The notes: a model not told the origin generated them from the letters alone. Positions 48,572 through 59,750 are shown, numbered from the stretch's first letter. The stretch is DNA of 64,000 bases from Desulfatiglandales bacterium (GCA_963667015.2 CAXXJJ010000004.1:4077662-4141661), one strand, 5' to 3'. Made by a program: numbers and translations.

Positions 48572-50236
48572 CTATCTCCATTCATCTATTCTGACTGACG
48601 CACCGGGCCTGAAACCACCCATGCTGAAATAGTTATTGTTGGATGCCCCGGTAACTATAACCGTGAACTGGCCACCCGGAGGCTGAATATACATACCATC
48701 ACTTTTTGCATTCCCCTGGGCCTCCTTGACCCATTCTGTAAATTTTTCAACAGTATCGTATCCGTCACGCTTTACAAAGTTGGCAATGGGCGGGCTCAGG
48801 ACAGCGCAGGTCCCGAAAAGGGTACCGTCCTGGGTCTTATAGATATCTTTTATAATCTGCGGGTAATTCATGTCATCGCCCCAGACATTTGCATACCAGT
48901 TCTTGGCAGAAAGGACACCCCAGCCCATAAACAGTGTAATAACGTTCTCACCCTTCTTATAATTTTTGCCCATTCTTACCGAGAGCGGAGCCCAAGGAGA
49001 TTTTTCTTCATTCTCGGCAATGATGATATTGAGCCCGTTCATTGGATTTCCTACAGTTCCCATGTAGGTATTTCCGACCTTGCCGCAGTTTCCTCCATTG
49101 ATGGAGAGAAGCGTCCAGGCCCGTCCTATAACTGTATTGGCATGGGCATAGGGGCCCATTGCACCGTAATTGTAATTTAAGCCGATTTCGTCGCGGATAG
49201 GCCCGTTTATTACAGCCCCGGTAGCAAAGCTGTTATCTGAAACATCCATGGCCTCCGATCCTGTTGATCCTATTGCCAGTATTACAGGGAAATACTCCGG
49301 TTTGCATCCTGCCATAACGGCATTGATAGCTGCAGTTTTTACAGTGTAGGACCATGATTCAAATGTGGGCTTAAAGGGCGACATTTCTCCGAGTTTCTCG
49401 TCCGGATCATGACTGGTAGCCATCAGCATTTCTTCGACCTTTTCCTTTGTCGGAAGAATGATCGGCAGAAAATCCGTGTATCTCTCTTCCAGGAACATCT
49501 GCTGAAGTTCATCTTCTGTTCCGGTAAAAGTTTCAGGACCCTTGCTGCGCACTACTTCCCCTGATCTTTTTTCTTCGGCGGTCAGAGGCCTGGTAAGTTT
49601 GTCCACTATTTCCTGAAGGACTGGTCCTCCTGTAAGGGGATTGGTACCCAGAACAACATCCTTGCGAAGCTGCTGAGCTGTTTTTCCCCAGATCGGGCCA
49701 AGAATATATTGAATCCTGATCCCCGGCATTCCATTGGTAAGAGCAACATCTTTCAACTGATCTACAAAGCTTTCTACAACGAGTGGTACTGCAGGTTTTT
49801 TGAACTTCTCTTCAAATTTTATCGACAGCTTGGTGACCCCAGGCGCGCAGACGCTTCAATGCCCGAGGGCGATGATCATCGCATCAGCCTTTTCTTCCAT
49901 TTCCTTCCACAGTGCGGGATCTTCGCTGCCCATTCCACCCGGTTTATCCTTATAAATGAATGTGGTTTCGGGGTATTTTTCCTTCATTAGTGCGGAGAGT
50001 TCTCCAAGCAGTATGCCGGATCCGGGATAGCCGTCATTAACGATATAAATTGTTTTGCCCTTGATCGTATCCAGACGGGGCGCCATGGCTTTAAGTTTGA
50101 TTGGCGGTGGTGTTCCCAGCGGATTGTAGACCGTCAGGATGGGTTTTTTTGCATCTGCTGCAAGCGCATCCACAGCCAGTACGCTGGAGAACAAACCAAT
50201 GCATATGGCTGCAATTAAAATCTTACCTAATTTCAT
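48572..50236 (-). CDS. UGSC-family-like exported selenoprotein (554 aa, UxxC)
   Basis: ORFs 49856-50236 and 48572-49756 are one frame split only by TGA in ALGH-*-SVCAP; SECIS-like hairpin follows. Confidence 0.8.
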
Positions 50237-50407
50237 GCCTGATACCTCCCAATAAAATGTTTATAAAAGTTCACTGACCGGGTGAGTGCCGCAGTATTTT
50301 CAGCATTATGTCAATGATTCATAGCTCAAATAATATTGCGGCGATAGTTCTTTGTCAAGCATGGATGATATGTGTGTTTATCGGTGAAAATGGAGAGGAA
50401 AAATAGA

Positions 50408-50443
50408 AGGGCAGGACCGGAATATATATTCCTGCCCTGCCCT
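50408..50443 (-). terminator. Hairpin downstream of SDR gene
   Basis: AGGGCAGG..GGAAT-ATAT-ATTCC..CCTGCCCT. Confidence 0.55.
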
Positions 50444-50465
50444 CTTGTTGTTAACAGGATTCTTA

Positions 50466-51281
50466 TTATCCCCAGTTTACTCCAACATTACTTAATGCCG
50501 CGCCGGATACGTCAACTACCGATGCGCCGCCGTCAACCAGGAGTGTTGCGGCTGTCATAAATGATGATTCGTCACTTGCCAGGAAGTTGCATATGCCGCA
50601 CATTTCTTCGGGCATTGCCACCCTTCTTAGCGGCAGGGGTTTGGACATAATTGCAAATGCCCCGTCCACGTCGGTATTCATGGCCTTTGCCAGTCCGCCC
50701 ATGGAGTCTTCCAGCATCTTTGTCCTTGTTGCTCCGGGGCATACAACATTTACCCGGATATTTTGAGGGCCGTAGTCAAGGGCGGCCTGCTTGGTGAGCA
50801 TGATAAGGCCTGCCTTGGTTGTGCAGTAAGGGGCCATGCCCGGAAGTGCAACCGTGCCGCCAAGAGAGGCGATATTAATGATTGATCCGCCGCCGTTTTC
50901 AATCATATGGGGTATGATCTTTTTCATGGTCAAAAAAGGACCGGTCAGGTTTATATCCATAACCTGCTGCCACAGCTTGGGATCGAGGTCCACAATTGTT
51001 CCGCCCGGATCAATTCCCGCGTTATTTACCAGAACATCGATCTTTCCGCCGAAGGCGATGGTTGCATCCATCATCTTCTGGATGTCATCAAGGCTCGTTA
51101 CATCGGATGCGCAGGTGACAATCTGATCTGACGGCAGTTCTGCTGCCACTTTATCGAGCTTATCCTGATTTCTGCCCGTAATACAGACCTTTGCGCCTTC
51201 TTTTATAAAGCCTTTGGCGATGGCTGTACCAATACCTGAGCCTCCTCCGGTTACAAGTGCGGTTTTTCCTTTGAGTTTCAT
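50466..51281 (-). CDS. SDR family NAD(P)-dependent oxidoreductase
   Basis: TGGGSGIG, NNAG, YCTTK. Confidence 0.92.
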   Translation of the reverse strand: MKLKGKTALVTGGGSGIGTAIAKGFIKEGAKVCITGRNQDKLDKVAAELPSDQIVTCASDVTSLDDIQKMMDATIAFGGKIDVLVNNAGIDPGGTIVDLDPKLWQQVMDINLTGPFLTMKKIIPHMIENGGGSIINIASLGGTVALPGMAPYCTTKAGLIMLTKQAALDYGPQNIRVNVVCPGATRTKMLEDSMGGLAKAMNTDVDGAFAIMSKPLPLRRVAMPEEMCGICNFLASDESSFMTAATLLVDGGASVVDVSGAALSNVGVNWG

Positions 51282-51459
51282 TATCTTCCCTCCTTTTGAG
51301 ATTAAGCCCGATCCTCCATATGCCGGTTTTCGGGCGTGTTTACCGTAAAAATAAATATAGACAGGATTAAATTATCACTAGACTAAACCCAAATTCTCTA
51401 AAAATCAAGAAGGGTATGAAAACAGGCTCAAGGCACCGGGCGCAGGGAAAGATATAAAA

Positions 51460-52362
51460 TTAAAAGTCGGAAAGCACCTTTGCCGAAATCTTCGGCGTAT
51501 ATCTTGGCCTGAACTGTCTTGCCACCGAAATCATGCTGAAATTAAAGTGATACAGTTTCTGGAGCTCTTCAGACCTTTTTTCCGCCTCTTTATAGTCCAT
51601 ACCCGGGGCATCCGGCCCCGGTGAAACAAGAACCGCATTGCGGGCCCTGCCGCCCAAAAAAACATAACACCTTTTGAAGACCTTTCGGTATGTCCTGAGT
51701 ATGGAGTGAAACAGCCTGTTATCAATCAATACATTTGCCGCTACAACACCGTCCGGGGTGAGAATCTGCATCAATTCTCTGAGAAACTCCCTTGTCGTAA
51801 GATGCCTGGGAATGGAGCGGCTGTTAAAGGCATCAAGTATTACCATGTCGTACCTGTTAACCGGAATATTCTGCCCGGCCTCCCGGATAAAGGCGCGGCC
51901 GTCAGATATATGGATTTTTATTTTTTCACAGGGCTCAAAGGAAAAGAATTTTTCTGCAACATCCACGATATCCGGGTCAATATCAACCACATCGATTTCC
52001 GCATCCGGGATATACCGGTTTATCGCACGAGGTATTACGCCTCCCCCGAGTCCGATTATGAGAACCCTTAAAGGGGCATCCTTCACCAGCAGGGCGGCAA
52101 ACACAAGTTTTGTATATTCAAGGAGAAGGCAATCAGGATCATCCAGGTCAACCCTGGACTGTTTTCCTGCATCAGGATCATTGCCCAGAAACAGTGTCCT
52201 GATAAATCCGTCCTCATAAACCATAATGTGGTGATACCGGTTTTTTTTCTCATAGATCAGTTTTTTGCCTGTTGCCCGCAGGGCAAAAAACAGGACAGAT
52301 GAAAGGGCAATGGAGACAATTAATATGGCTAATATGAGAAATTGAGAAGGCAAGCAGATCAC
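51460..52362 (-). CDS. Spermidine synthase-like methyltransferase
   Basis: VLIIGLGGG, VDIDP, DGRAFI, YDMVILDAF; start uncertain. Confidence 0.8.
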   Translation of the reverse strand: MICLPSQFLILAILIVSIALSSVLFFALRATGKKLIYEKKNRYHHIMVYEDGFIRTLFLGNDPDAGKQSRVDLDDPDCLLLEYTKLVFAALLVKDAPLRVLIIGLGGGVIPRAINRYIPDAEIDVVDIDPDIVDVAEKFFSFEPCEKIKIHISDGRAFIREAGQNIPVNRYDMVILDAFNSRSIPRHLTTREFLRELMQILTPDGVVAANVLIDNRLFHSILRTYRKVFKRCYVFLGGRARNAVLVSPGPDAPGMDYKEAEKRSEELQKLYHFNFSMISVARQFRPRYTPKISAKVLSDF

Positions 52363-52445
52363 CTGTTTATAAGTTTTCCTTTGCTTTGAAATGTACCTTA
52401 TTATATAAAAATTTGAAACAAGTATATTATTATAAGAGGAGCCCT

Positions 52446-53891
52446 ATGTCCTTTAAAAATCTGAAAGAATTTATTACTGCCCTGGAAAATGCCGGCGAAT
52501 TGAAGACAGTCGCGGCAGAGGTGGACCCGTTTCTGGAGATAACCGAGATAGCAGACAGGATGAGCAAGGCATACGGGCCGGCCATTCTGTTCAAAAAAAC
52601 AAAAAACTCTCCATTTCCACTGCTGATTAATGCCTTTGGCACGTTTAAAAGGATGGAAATGGCCCTTAACTGCAGATCCCTGGATGACATAGGTGCGAGG
52701 ATTGAATCCCTCATAAAGATCCAGCCGCCCTCGGGCCTGCTGGAAAAGATCAGAATGCTCCTCACGCTTAAAGAAGTTGCTGATTATATTCCTAAAAAGG
52801 TAAAACGCGGCCCCTGCCAGGACAAAGTATTTGACTCCAAAAGTGATCTTCTGGATCTGCTGCCCATACTCACATGCTGGCCGTCGGACGGTGGCCCTTT
52901 TATAACCCTTCCCATTGTCATAACAAAGGACCCGGATACCGGTGTTCAGAACATGGGAATGTACCGGATGCACAAGTATGACAGGGCAACAACCGGGATG
53001 CACTGGCAGTATAACAAGGACGGCACACGCCATTTTGATAAATATAAAAACAGGGGCCAGAGGATGGAGGTTGCCGTTGCCCTGGGAGGTTCTCCTGCTG
53101 TTACATATGCCGCATCAGCCCCACTGCCCCCGGATATTGATGAACTCATGCTTGCAGGTTTCTTAAACTCAAGGCCTGTTGAAATTACAAAAGGGCATAC
53201 TGTTGATCTCTATGTCCCCGCAGAATCGGATTTTGTTATAGAGGGTTATGTTGATCCTGATGAAGAGAGGATCGAGGGCCCCTTTGGAGATCATACGGGG
53301 TTTTATTCTGCAGCGGATATATACCCGGTTTTTCATGTTACCTGCATTACATGCCGAAATGACGCGGTTTACCCGGCAACCATTGTCGGGAAACCGCCCA
53401 TGGAAGACTGCTACATGGCAAAGGCCACGGAGCGGATCTTTCTGCCCATTATTAAGATGATCCTGCCGGAGATTCAGGATATTGAACTGCCGATAGAAGG
53501 TGTATTTCACAACTGCGCCCTTGTGAGCATAGATAAAAAATATCCTGCCCAGGCAAAAAAGGTGATTAATGCACTTTGGGGACTAGGCCAGTTTTCATCA
53601 ACAAAGTTTATCGCGGTCTTTGATAAAGACCTGGATTTAAGGGATTCGAGCACGGTCCTGTGGAAGCTTTTAAATAATGTTGATCCGGGGAGAGACCTGA
53701 TATTCTCGCAGGGGCCCCTTGATGCCCTGGATCATTCCGCATCCTATGCAAATTTTGGCGGAAAGATGGGAATCGATGCCACCCGGAAGACCCGTGAAGA
53801 GGGAATGGGCAGGGAGTGGCCCGAAGAAATAGTCATGTCCGATGAAATAAAGGCCCTCGTGGATAAGAGATGGAAGGAATATGGATTTTAA
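52446..53891 (+). CDS. ubiD: UbiD-family decarboxylase (menaquinone pathway)
   Basis: NMGMYR, EGPFGDHTGFY, GKMGIDAT. Confidence 0.9.
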   Translation: MSFKNLKEFITALENAGELKTVAAEVDPFLEITEIADRMSKAYGPAILFKKTKNSPFPLLINAFGTFKRMEMALNCRSLDDIGARIESLIKIQPPSGLLEKIRMLLTLKEVADYIPKKVKRGPCQDKVFDSKSDLLDLLPILTCWPSDGGPFITLPIVITKDPDTGVQNMGMYRMHKYDRATTGMHWQYNKDGTRHFDKYKNRGQRMEVAVALGGSPAVTYAASAPLPPDIDELMLAGFLNSRPVEITKGHTVDLYVPAESDFVIEGYVDPDEERIEGPFGDHTGFYSAADIYPVFHVTCITCRNDAVYPATIVGKPPMEDCYMAKATERIFLPIIKMILPEIQDIELPIEGVFHNCALVSIDKKYPAQAKKVINALWGLGQFSSTKFIAVFDKDLDLRDSSTVLWKLLNNVDPGRDLIFSQGPLDALDHSASYANFGGKMGIDATRKTREEGMGREWPEEIVMSDEIKALVDKRWKEYGF

Positions 53892-54720
53892 AAAATTTTC
53901 AGAGCTTATCCTGATTGAACAGACAATCTTTACCCTTCCCTTTGCATACCTGGGCCTTCTTTTTGCCGGGGGCGGCACATTTATGTCCTGGGTCCTGGTC
54001 ACCATAGCCCTTGCTGCAGCCCGGACATCCGGAATGTCATTTAACCGGGTGATAGATGCAAAGATAGACAGTAAAAACCCCAGGACAAAGGACAGGGTAA
54101 TACCAAGGGGTGATGCCAGGCCTTTTACCGTCTGGCTGATAGCAATAGTGTCCGCACTTGTCCTCATTACTTCGGCATATCTTCTGAATAAACTGTGTTT
54201 TTATCTCTCTTTTTTCGCTGTATTTCTGCTGTTTACATATTCCTACCTGAAGCGGTTTTCGTCATCATCCCATTTTTATCTCGGATTTGTGGAGGCTGCC
54301 GCCCCTGTAGGAGGATATTTTGCCGCTACCGGCCAGATTGCCTTTACACCCTTTTTACTGGGATTTGTTATAATGGCGTGGATTGCGGGACTTGATATAA
54401 TCTACTCGCTGCAGGACAAAGATTTTGATGAAAAGGCCGGACTTCATTCAATTCCCGTCAGGGTTGGAGTTCAAAGGGCGATTCACATATCCGGCATATG
54501 CTATGTCTGCTCATTTGGGGCCATGGGACTCGCAGGACTGACCGGCGGAATGAAATATCCCTACTGGATTGCAATATTGCTCGTGGGTGTTATATTTTTA
54601 TATCACCAGCGGCTGGCAAGATCGGGCAGACTTGGAGAAAGATTTTCAAGGCTTTTCAAGACCAATATGCTTATTTCTCCCCTGCTTTTGGCCGGGACTG
54701 CCGCATCCATAATAATGTAA
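53881..54720 (+). CDS. ubiA: UbiA-family prenyltransferase (MqnP-type)
   Basis: FNRVIDAKIDSKNPRT, DIIYSLQDKDFD, GLHSIP. Confidence 0.88.
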   Translation: MDFKKFSELILIEQTIFTLPFAYLGLLFAGGGTFMSWVLVTIALAAARTSGMSFNRVIDAKIDSKNPRTKDRVIPRGDARPFTVWLIAIVSALVLITSAYLLNKLCFYLSFFAVFLLFTYSYLKRFSSSSHFYLGFVEAAAPVGGYFAATGQIAFTPFLLGFVIMAWIAGLDIIYSLQDKDFDEKAGLHSIPVRVGVQRAIHISGICYVCSFGAMGLAGLTGGMKYPYWIAILLVGVIFLYHQRLARSGRLGERFSRLFKTNMLISPLLLAGTAASIIM

Positions 54721-54733
54721 CAGGGGTGCTGAA

Positions 54734-55327
54734 ATGATTGTTGTCGCAATAACAGGCGCAAGCGGACCCATACTGGGGATAAGACTCATTGAAGAGCTGC
54801 TAAAGTCAGGCGAGTCTGTAACCGGTATTGCATCACGGGGAAGTATCGGGATAATGGAATATGAGATGTCATGTTCCATTGCAGCCAGATCTCCTTTAAC
54901 CTGTGTGCTTAAAGAGAGAGGGAATGTTGCGGACTTAAAAGACTTCAAAGAATATGATGAAAGGGATTTTCAGGCGCCCTGTGCAAGCGGATCATCGGAT
55001 TTTGAGGCAATAGTTGTTGCGCCATGCTCCATGAAGAGCCTGTCTGCCATAGCAAACGGATATGCGGATAATCTTATAACAAGGGCCTGTGATGTGGCGC
55101 TAAAGGAAAAGAGAAAATGCCTTATTATGCCGAGGGAGACGCCCTTTAACCTGATCCATATTGAAAACATGAAAAAGGCGGCGCTTGCCGGGGCGATTAT
55201 TGTTCCGCCTGTGCCCGGATTTTATACAAAACCCCAAACAGTGGATGATATTGTTGATTTTATTACAGGGAAGATGCTGAACCTTCTGGGTAAAAAACAG
55301 GAACTGTTTAAGGGGTGGGGAGAGTAG
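54734..55327 (+). CDS. ubiX: Flavin prenyltransferase
   Basis: ITGASG, ASGS, APCSMKSL, PRETP. Confidence 0.92.
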   Translation: MIVVAITGASGPILGIRLIEELLKSGESVTGIASRGSIGIMEYEMSCSIAARSPLTCVLKERGNVADLKDFKEYDERDFQAPCASGSSDFEAIVVAPCSMKSLSAIANGYADNLITRACDVALKEKRKCLIMPRETPFNLIHIENMKKAALAGAIIVPPVPGFYTKPQTVDDIVDFITGKMLNLLGKKQELFKGWGE

Positions 55328-55328
55328 G

Positions 55329-56438
55329 TTGAGCTTAACAGACAGCATAAAAGATAAAAAATTAAAGACCATTGCAGAAAAGGTAGAAACCAGCATTCCG
55401 GTGGATGAAAAGGATGCCATGGAAATGCTGACAACCGACAGCATACTTGACCTGGGGGAAATCGCACATCACATAAAGACGAAGCTCCATGGCAATAATG
55501 TGTATTACGGTGTCAACATGAACCTTAACTACACCAACATATGCGAACTGCGCTGCCCGCTGTGCGCCTTTTCAAAGGATCAGGGAGACGAGGGAAGTTA
55601 CCTGTTTTCCCTGGATGAGATAGAAAGCCGGGTAGCGGAGGCAGTTGAGTTCGGTATAGACGAGGTCCACATCGTAGGAGGTCTTCATCCGGATCTTAAA
55701 CTGGATTACTTTGAAGAGATGCTCTCGCGCATAAAAAAGATAAAGTCCGATATCTTCATTGTGGCCTTTACGGCTGTTGAGTATGATTACTTTGCAAAAT
55801 TAAACAATATTCCTGTTGAAACAGTATTCAGGCGTTTGATTGATGCCGGAGTTAACGCCCTTCCCGGCGGAGGTGCAGAGATATTCGCTCAGGATGTTAG
55901 AGAAATAATTGCGCCTAAAAAGATTTCAGGAAAAAGATGGCTCGATGTTATGGAAACGGCTCATGGTCTCGGGCTTAAGACCAATGCCACCATGCTGTAC
56001 AATCATCTGGAAAAGACAGAAGATATTGTTGACCATCTTTTCCGGCTGAGATCCCTTCAGGATAAAACCGGGGGCTTCAAGGCCTTTGTTCCCCTTGCCT
56101 TTCACAGTGAAAATACGGCAATAAAAACCAACCGGTCCGGTTCAACAACCGGTTATGATGATATCCGCATCTATTCAACAAGCCGAATAGTGCTTCATAA
56201 TGTCCCGCATATCAAGGCACTCTGGATGTATCTCGGCGAAAAGATGGCCCAGACCATGCTCCACTTTGGTGCGGATGAGATGGGTGCCACCTACAATAAC
56301 GAAAGGGTTGTCCATGCGGCTGGTGCAAAAACCCCTGATTTCGGATCAGAGGGGTTTTTAAAGAGGCTCATAACAGATGCAGGCATGACGCCTGTCAGGA
56401 CAACGGCCGGATACTGCGAACCGGGGGCAGCGTCATGA
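55329..56438 (+). CDS. mqnE: Aminofutalosine synthase (radical SAM)
   Basis: CELRCPLC; EVHIVGGLHP; LPGGGAEIF; TNATMLY. Confidence 0.88.
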   Translation: MSLTDSIKDKKLKTIAEKVETSIPVDEKDAMEMLTTDSILDLGEIAHHIKTKLHGNNVYYGVNMNLNYTNICELRCPLCAFSKDQGDEGSYLFSLDEIESRVAEAVEFGIDEVHIVGGLHPDLKLDYFEEMLSRIKKIKSDIFIVAFTAVEYDYFAKLNNIPVETVFRRLIDAGVNALPGGGAEIFAQDVREIIAPKKISGKRWLDVMETAHGLGLKTNATMLYNHLEKTEDIVDHLFRLRSLQDKTGGFKAFVPLAFHSENTAIKTNRSGSTTGYDDIRIYSTSRIVLHNVPHIKALWMYLGEKMAQTMLHFGADEMGATYNNERVVHAAGAKTPDFGSEGFLKRLITDAGMTPVRTTAGYCEPGAAS

Positions 56439-57244
56439 GGCTGGGTTATATAGACTACCTGAACTGCTACCCCTTTTATTACCACATGTTTGAGCACAAG
56501 CCTCTAAGCGGTGTTGAGGTTGTAAGCCGGTACCCGAGTGATCTTAACCGAATGATAGCAAAAGGGGAGCTGGACATGAGCCCCATATCCGCTGCCACCT
56601 ATTCCCTGATCCAGGACAGGGCACTTCTTTTGCCGGATTTTTGTCTCAGCTCCATAGGGTATGTGGGTTCGGTTATATTAAGGAGCAACCTTCCCATTGA
56701 AGAACTTGATAAAAAAAGGGTCGGGCTTACAAGCGCCTCACATACCTCTGTACTGCTGCTTAAAATGCTCCTTAAGAGTTATTACAATGTTGAGCCGGAA
56801 TATGTACTGACAAAACCCAACCCATCCATGGATGGCCTTGATGCCGTGCTTATGATAGGTAACGAGGCAATGCTTAAGAGCAGTTCGCCGGTTTCATTTT
56901 CATATGACCTGGGTGAATTATGGCTCAGAAAGACAGGTTTTCCTGTCGTCTTTGCCGTGTTTGCTGTAAATGAAAACGCCATAGACAGGTGCTGTAACGA
57001 GATAAACGCAGTGATAAGATCATATCGTGATTCCATAGAATGCCTTGAAAAGGAAGCGGACAGGGTGGTGAAGGCTGCGCAGAATAAATACCCGGATATT
57101 ACCTATGATGTTAAGGGGTATTATGAAACCTGCCTGCAGTTCAAATTCTCGGACAGGCTCAAACAGGCCCTGCAGTTTTATTATGACAAGGCATTTGAGA
57201 TGGGGCTGTTTGAGGATAAGGTGAAGATCAGGTATCTGGACTAG
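56435..57244 (+). CDS. mqnA: Chorismate dehydratase
   Basis: GYIDYLNCYP, PSDLN, SHTSV, DLGELW..GFPVVFAV. Confidence 0.88.
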   Translation: MRLGYIDYLNCYPFYYHMFEHKPLSGVEVVSRYPSDLNRMIAKGELDMSPISAATYSLIQDRALLLPDFCLSSIGYVGSVILRSNLPIEELDKKRVGLTSASHTSVLLLKMLLKSYYNVEPEYVLTKPNPSMDGLDAVLMIGNEAMLKSSSPVSFSYDLGELWLRKTGFPVVFAVFAVNENAIDRCCNEINAVIRSYRDSIECLEKEADRVVKAAQNKYPDITYDVKGYYETCLQFKFSDRLKQALQFYYDKAFEMGLFEDKVKIRYLD

Positions 57245-57250
57245 ATAGAA

Positions 57251-58321
57251 ATGCAAAACATAAAAGAAAAACTCAAATCAAAAATAGAGGCAGGAAAACG
57301 CATTACCCCTGATGAGGCTATCAACCTGTTTTCATGGGATCTTATCGAACTGGGAAAACTCGGCGACATGAGACGAAAACTCGCCTTTCCTCAGGAACAG
57401 GCGGGATTCATCATTGACCGCATCATAAACTACAGCAACATCTGTGAAGCATGCTGCGCCTTTTGCGCCTATCATGCAAAGGCAAACAGGGTGCCGTCCT
57501 ATGAACTTACCAATGAAGAGATAATAGAAAAGGTTAAGCTACTCAAAGAGGCAGGCGGCAGCCAGGTTATGCTTCAGGGCGGCCTTCATCCTGACTACAG
57601 GCTTGATAAATATATTGAGATGATACGCATTGTAAGGGAGACATTTCCAGAGGTCTTTATACACTCCTTTTCTCCATCCGAGCTTATTCATATCTCTAAA
57701 AAGGAGGGAATAGACCCTGTTACACTGCTTGGTATATTCAGGGACGCAGGCCTTAATTCCATGCCAGGTGCATCGGATATCCTTGTTGATCATGTCAGGG
57801 AAAGGGTAAGCCCCAAAAAGATAAAAACAGATGAATGGTGCGAAGTAATGGAGGCCCTGAGTCACCATAAGATGATGTCTTCAGCGACCATGACATACGG
57901 CATGGGAGAATCACATGAGGACAGGATTGAACATTTAAGGGTAATAAGGGATGTGCAGGACCGCACCGGCGTGATACGCGCATTTATTCCCTGGTCCTTT
58001 TCGCCTGCATCAACACAGATGGATGATATCCTTCCTGCAACAGGAATAGAATATCTGAAGATGGTGGCAATAGGAAGAATATTCCTGGACAATGTAACCT
58101 ACATCCAGGCAGGGTGGCTCACCGAAGGCATGAAGCTTGCCCAGATTGCCCTTGCCATGGGAGCCAATGACATGGGCGGCGTGCTCATGGAAGAGGTGGT
58201 TGTAAAGGCTACCGGTATTGAAACAAAAACCAATATGGATGAGATGATTGCAATTATCCGGAATGCCGGAAAAGCGCCGGTGCTGAGGGATTCTGCATAC
58301 AAGGTTTTGAGGGAGTATTAG
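57251..58321 (+). CDS. mqnC: Cyclic dehypoxanthinyl futalosine synthase (radical SAM)
   Basis: IDRIINYSNICEACCAFC; LQGGLHP; AFIPWSF. Confidence 0.85.
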   Translation: MQNIKEKLKSKIEAGKRITPDEAINLFSWDLIELGKLGDMRRKLAFPQEQAGFIIDRIINYSNICEACCAFCAYHAKANRVPSYELTNEEIIEKVKLLKEAGGSQVMLQGGLHPDYRLDKYIEMIRIVRETFPEVFIHSFSPSELIHISKKEGIDPVTLLGIFRDAGLNSMPGASDILVDHVRERVSPKKIKTDEWCEVMEALSHHKMMSSATMTYGMGESHEDRIEHLRVIRDVQDRTGVIRAFIPWSFSPASTQMDDILPATGIEYLKMVAIGRIFLDNVTYIQAGWLTEGMKLAQIALAMGANDMGGVLMEEVVVKATGIETKTNMDEMIAIIRNAGKAPVLRDSAYKVLREY

Positions 58322-58329
58322 AAGAAAAA

Positions 58330-59127
58330 ATGACAAATAATAAAAAAATAGACATCGCATTTTCATCATGCCCCAACGACACATTTATTTTTCATGCCAT
58401 GCTTAATAACCTTGTGGATACAGAGGGGCTGTCATTTACACCATTCATCGATGATGTGGAAAGCCTTAATCAGCAGGCAAAACAGGGCGTTCATCAGGTA
58501 AGCAAGCTTTCCTTTGCTGCATGGCTCAGGCTCAGGGATAAATATGAACTTCTTGATTCGGGCGCTGCCCTGGGTTTTGGCTGCGGTCCGCTTTTTGTGG
58601 CACACTCAAAGGATATCTCTGTTGAGGATGCCCTTATTGCTGTTCCGGGCCTGGATACAACCGCCAATATGCTCTTCACTCTTAAATACCCTGAAGCAAA
58701 AAATACTTATGTTGCCAGGTTTGACGAGATCCTTCCAGGGATCAGGTCCGGAAAATTTGATGCAGGCGTCATAATTCATGAGGGAAGGTTTGTATTTAAG
58801 GATTATGGATGCGAACAGATAATAGACCTGGGCGAATGGTGGGAACAGGAAACATCATCTCCCATACCCCTTGGCTGTATTGCCATAAGAAAGGACACAG
58901 ACACAATAAAATACAGGGATGATATCGAAACCATCATAAGAGACTCTGTAAGGTTTGCCTTTGATAATCCCGAGGAATCATGGAAATATATTAAATCCCT
59001 TGCCCAGGAAATGGATGATGATGTTATTAAACAGCATATCAACCTGTATGTTAATAAGTTTACCCTGTCTCTTGGCGAAAAAGGGAAAAAGGCGGTTCAA
59101 AAGCTGGAGGAGATGACCGGATGCTGA
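58330..59127 (+). CDS. mqnD: 1,4-dihydroxy-6-naphthoate synthase
   Basis: SSCPNDTFIF, GVIIHEGRF, HINLYVNKF. Confidence 0.92.
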   Translation: MTNNKKIDIAFSSCPNDTFIFHAMLNNLVDTEGLSFTPFIDDVESLNQQAKQGVHQVSKLSFAAWLRLRDKYELLDSGAALGFGCGPLFVAHSKDISVEDALIAVPGLDTTANMLFTLKYPEAKNTYVARFDEILPGIRSGKFDAGVIIHEGRFVFKDYGCEQIIDLGEWWEQETSSPIPLGCIAIRKDTDTIKYRDDIETIIRDSVRFAFDNPEESWKYIKSLAQEMDDDVIKQHINLYVNKFTLSLGEKGKKAVQKLEEMTGC

Positions 59128-59750
59128 ACCCGATTTCAGTATGTCTAATAGCAGCCACATATATGGAGGCAGAGCCGTTTATAAAAATCTTCAACATGAA
59201 GGAGATTAAAAAAAAGCCTTTTAATATTTATGAGGGAAAGGATATTCTCCTTGGCATTTCAGGCATTGGAAAGGCAAACGCTGCAATGGGTACTGCCTAC
59301 TGCTGCATGAAATTCCAGCCCGCATTCATTCTTAATGCCGGGGCTGCGGGTGCGGTTGATGAGAGTTACCAGGTTGGAAGCATCTACCAGATTGAAAAAA
59401 CCATAGAGCCTGACAGACCTCACCTCAGATCAAATAAACCATGGATACAGACGCCCGATACACTTGAAGGGTTTAATAACGCTGTCCTTGCAACCCAGGA
59501 CAAACCAATCAACGACATTGAAACATTTAAAGAACTTTCTGATATAGCGGACCTTGTAGATATGGAAGGGGCATCTGTTCTGCAGACAGCAAAGAGATTT
59601 AATACCGGCTGTTATTTATTTAAATTTGTGAGCGACACACCTCTTCATGCGGGAAAGGGTTTGATAGTGGAAAATATTAAGGAGCATATCGGAACCTTTT
59701 GTGAGGTTATATCAGCCTCTCCAATTCAGCGTATTAATGAAATTCAGTAG
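59121..59750 (+). CDS. mqnB: MTA/SAH nucleosidase family protein (probable futalosine hydrolase)
   Basis: SGIGKANAA, NAGAAG, VDMEG, KFVSD; operon context. Confidence 0.7.
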   Translation: MLNPISVCLIAATYMEAEPFIKIFNMKEIKKKPFNIYEGKDILLGISGIGKANAAMGTAYCCMKFQPAFILNAGAAGAVDESYQVGSIYQIEKTIEPDRPHLRSNKPWIQTPDTLEGFNNAVLATQDKPINDIETFKELSDIADLVDMEGASVLQTAKRFNTGCYLFKFVSDTPLHAGKGLIVENIKEHIGTFCEVISASPIQRINEIQ

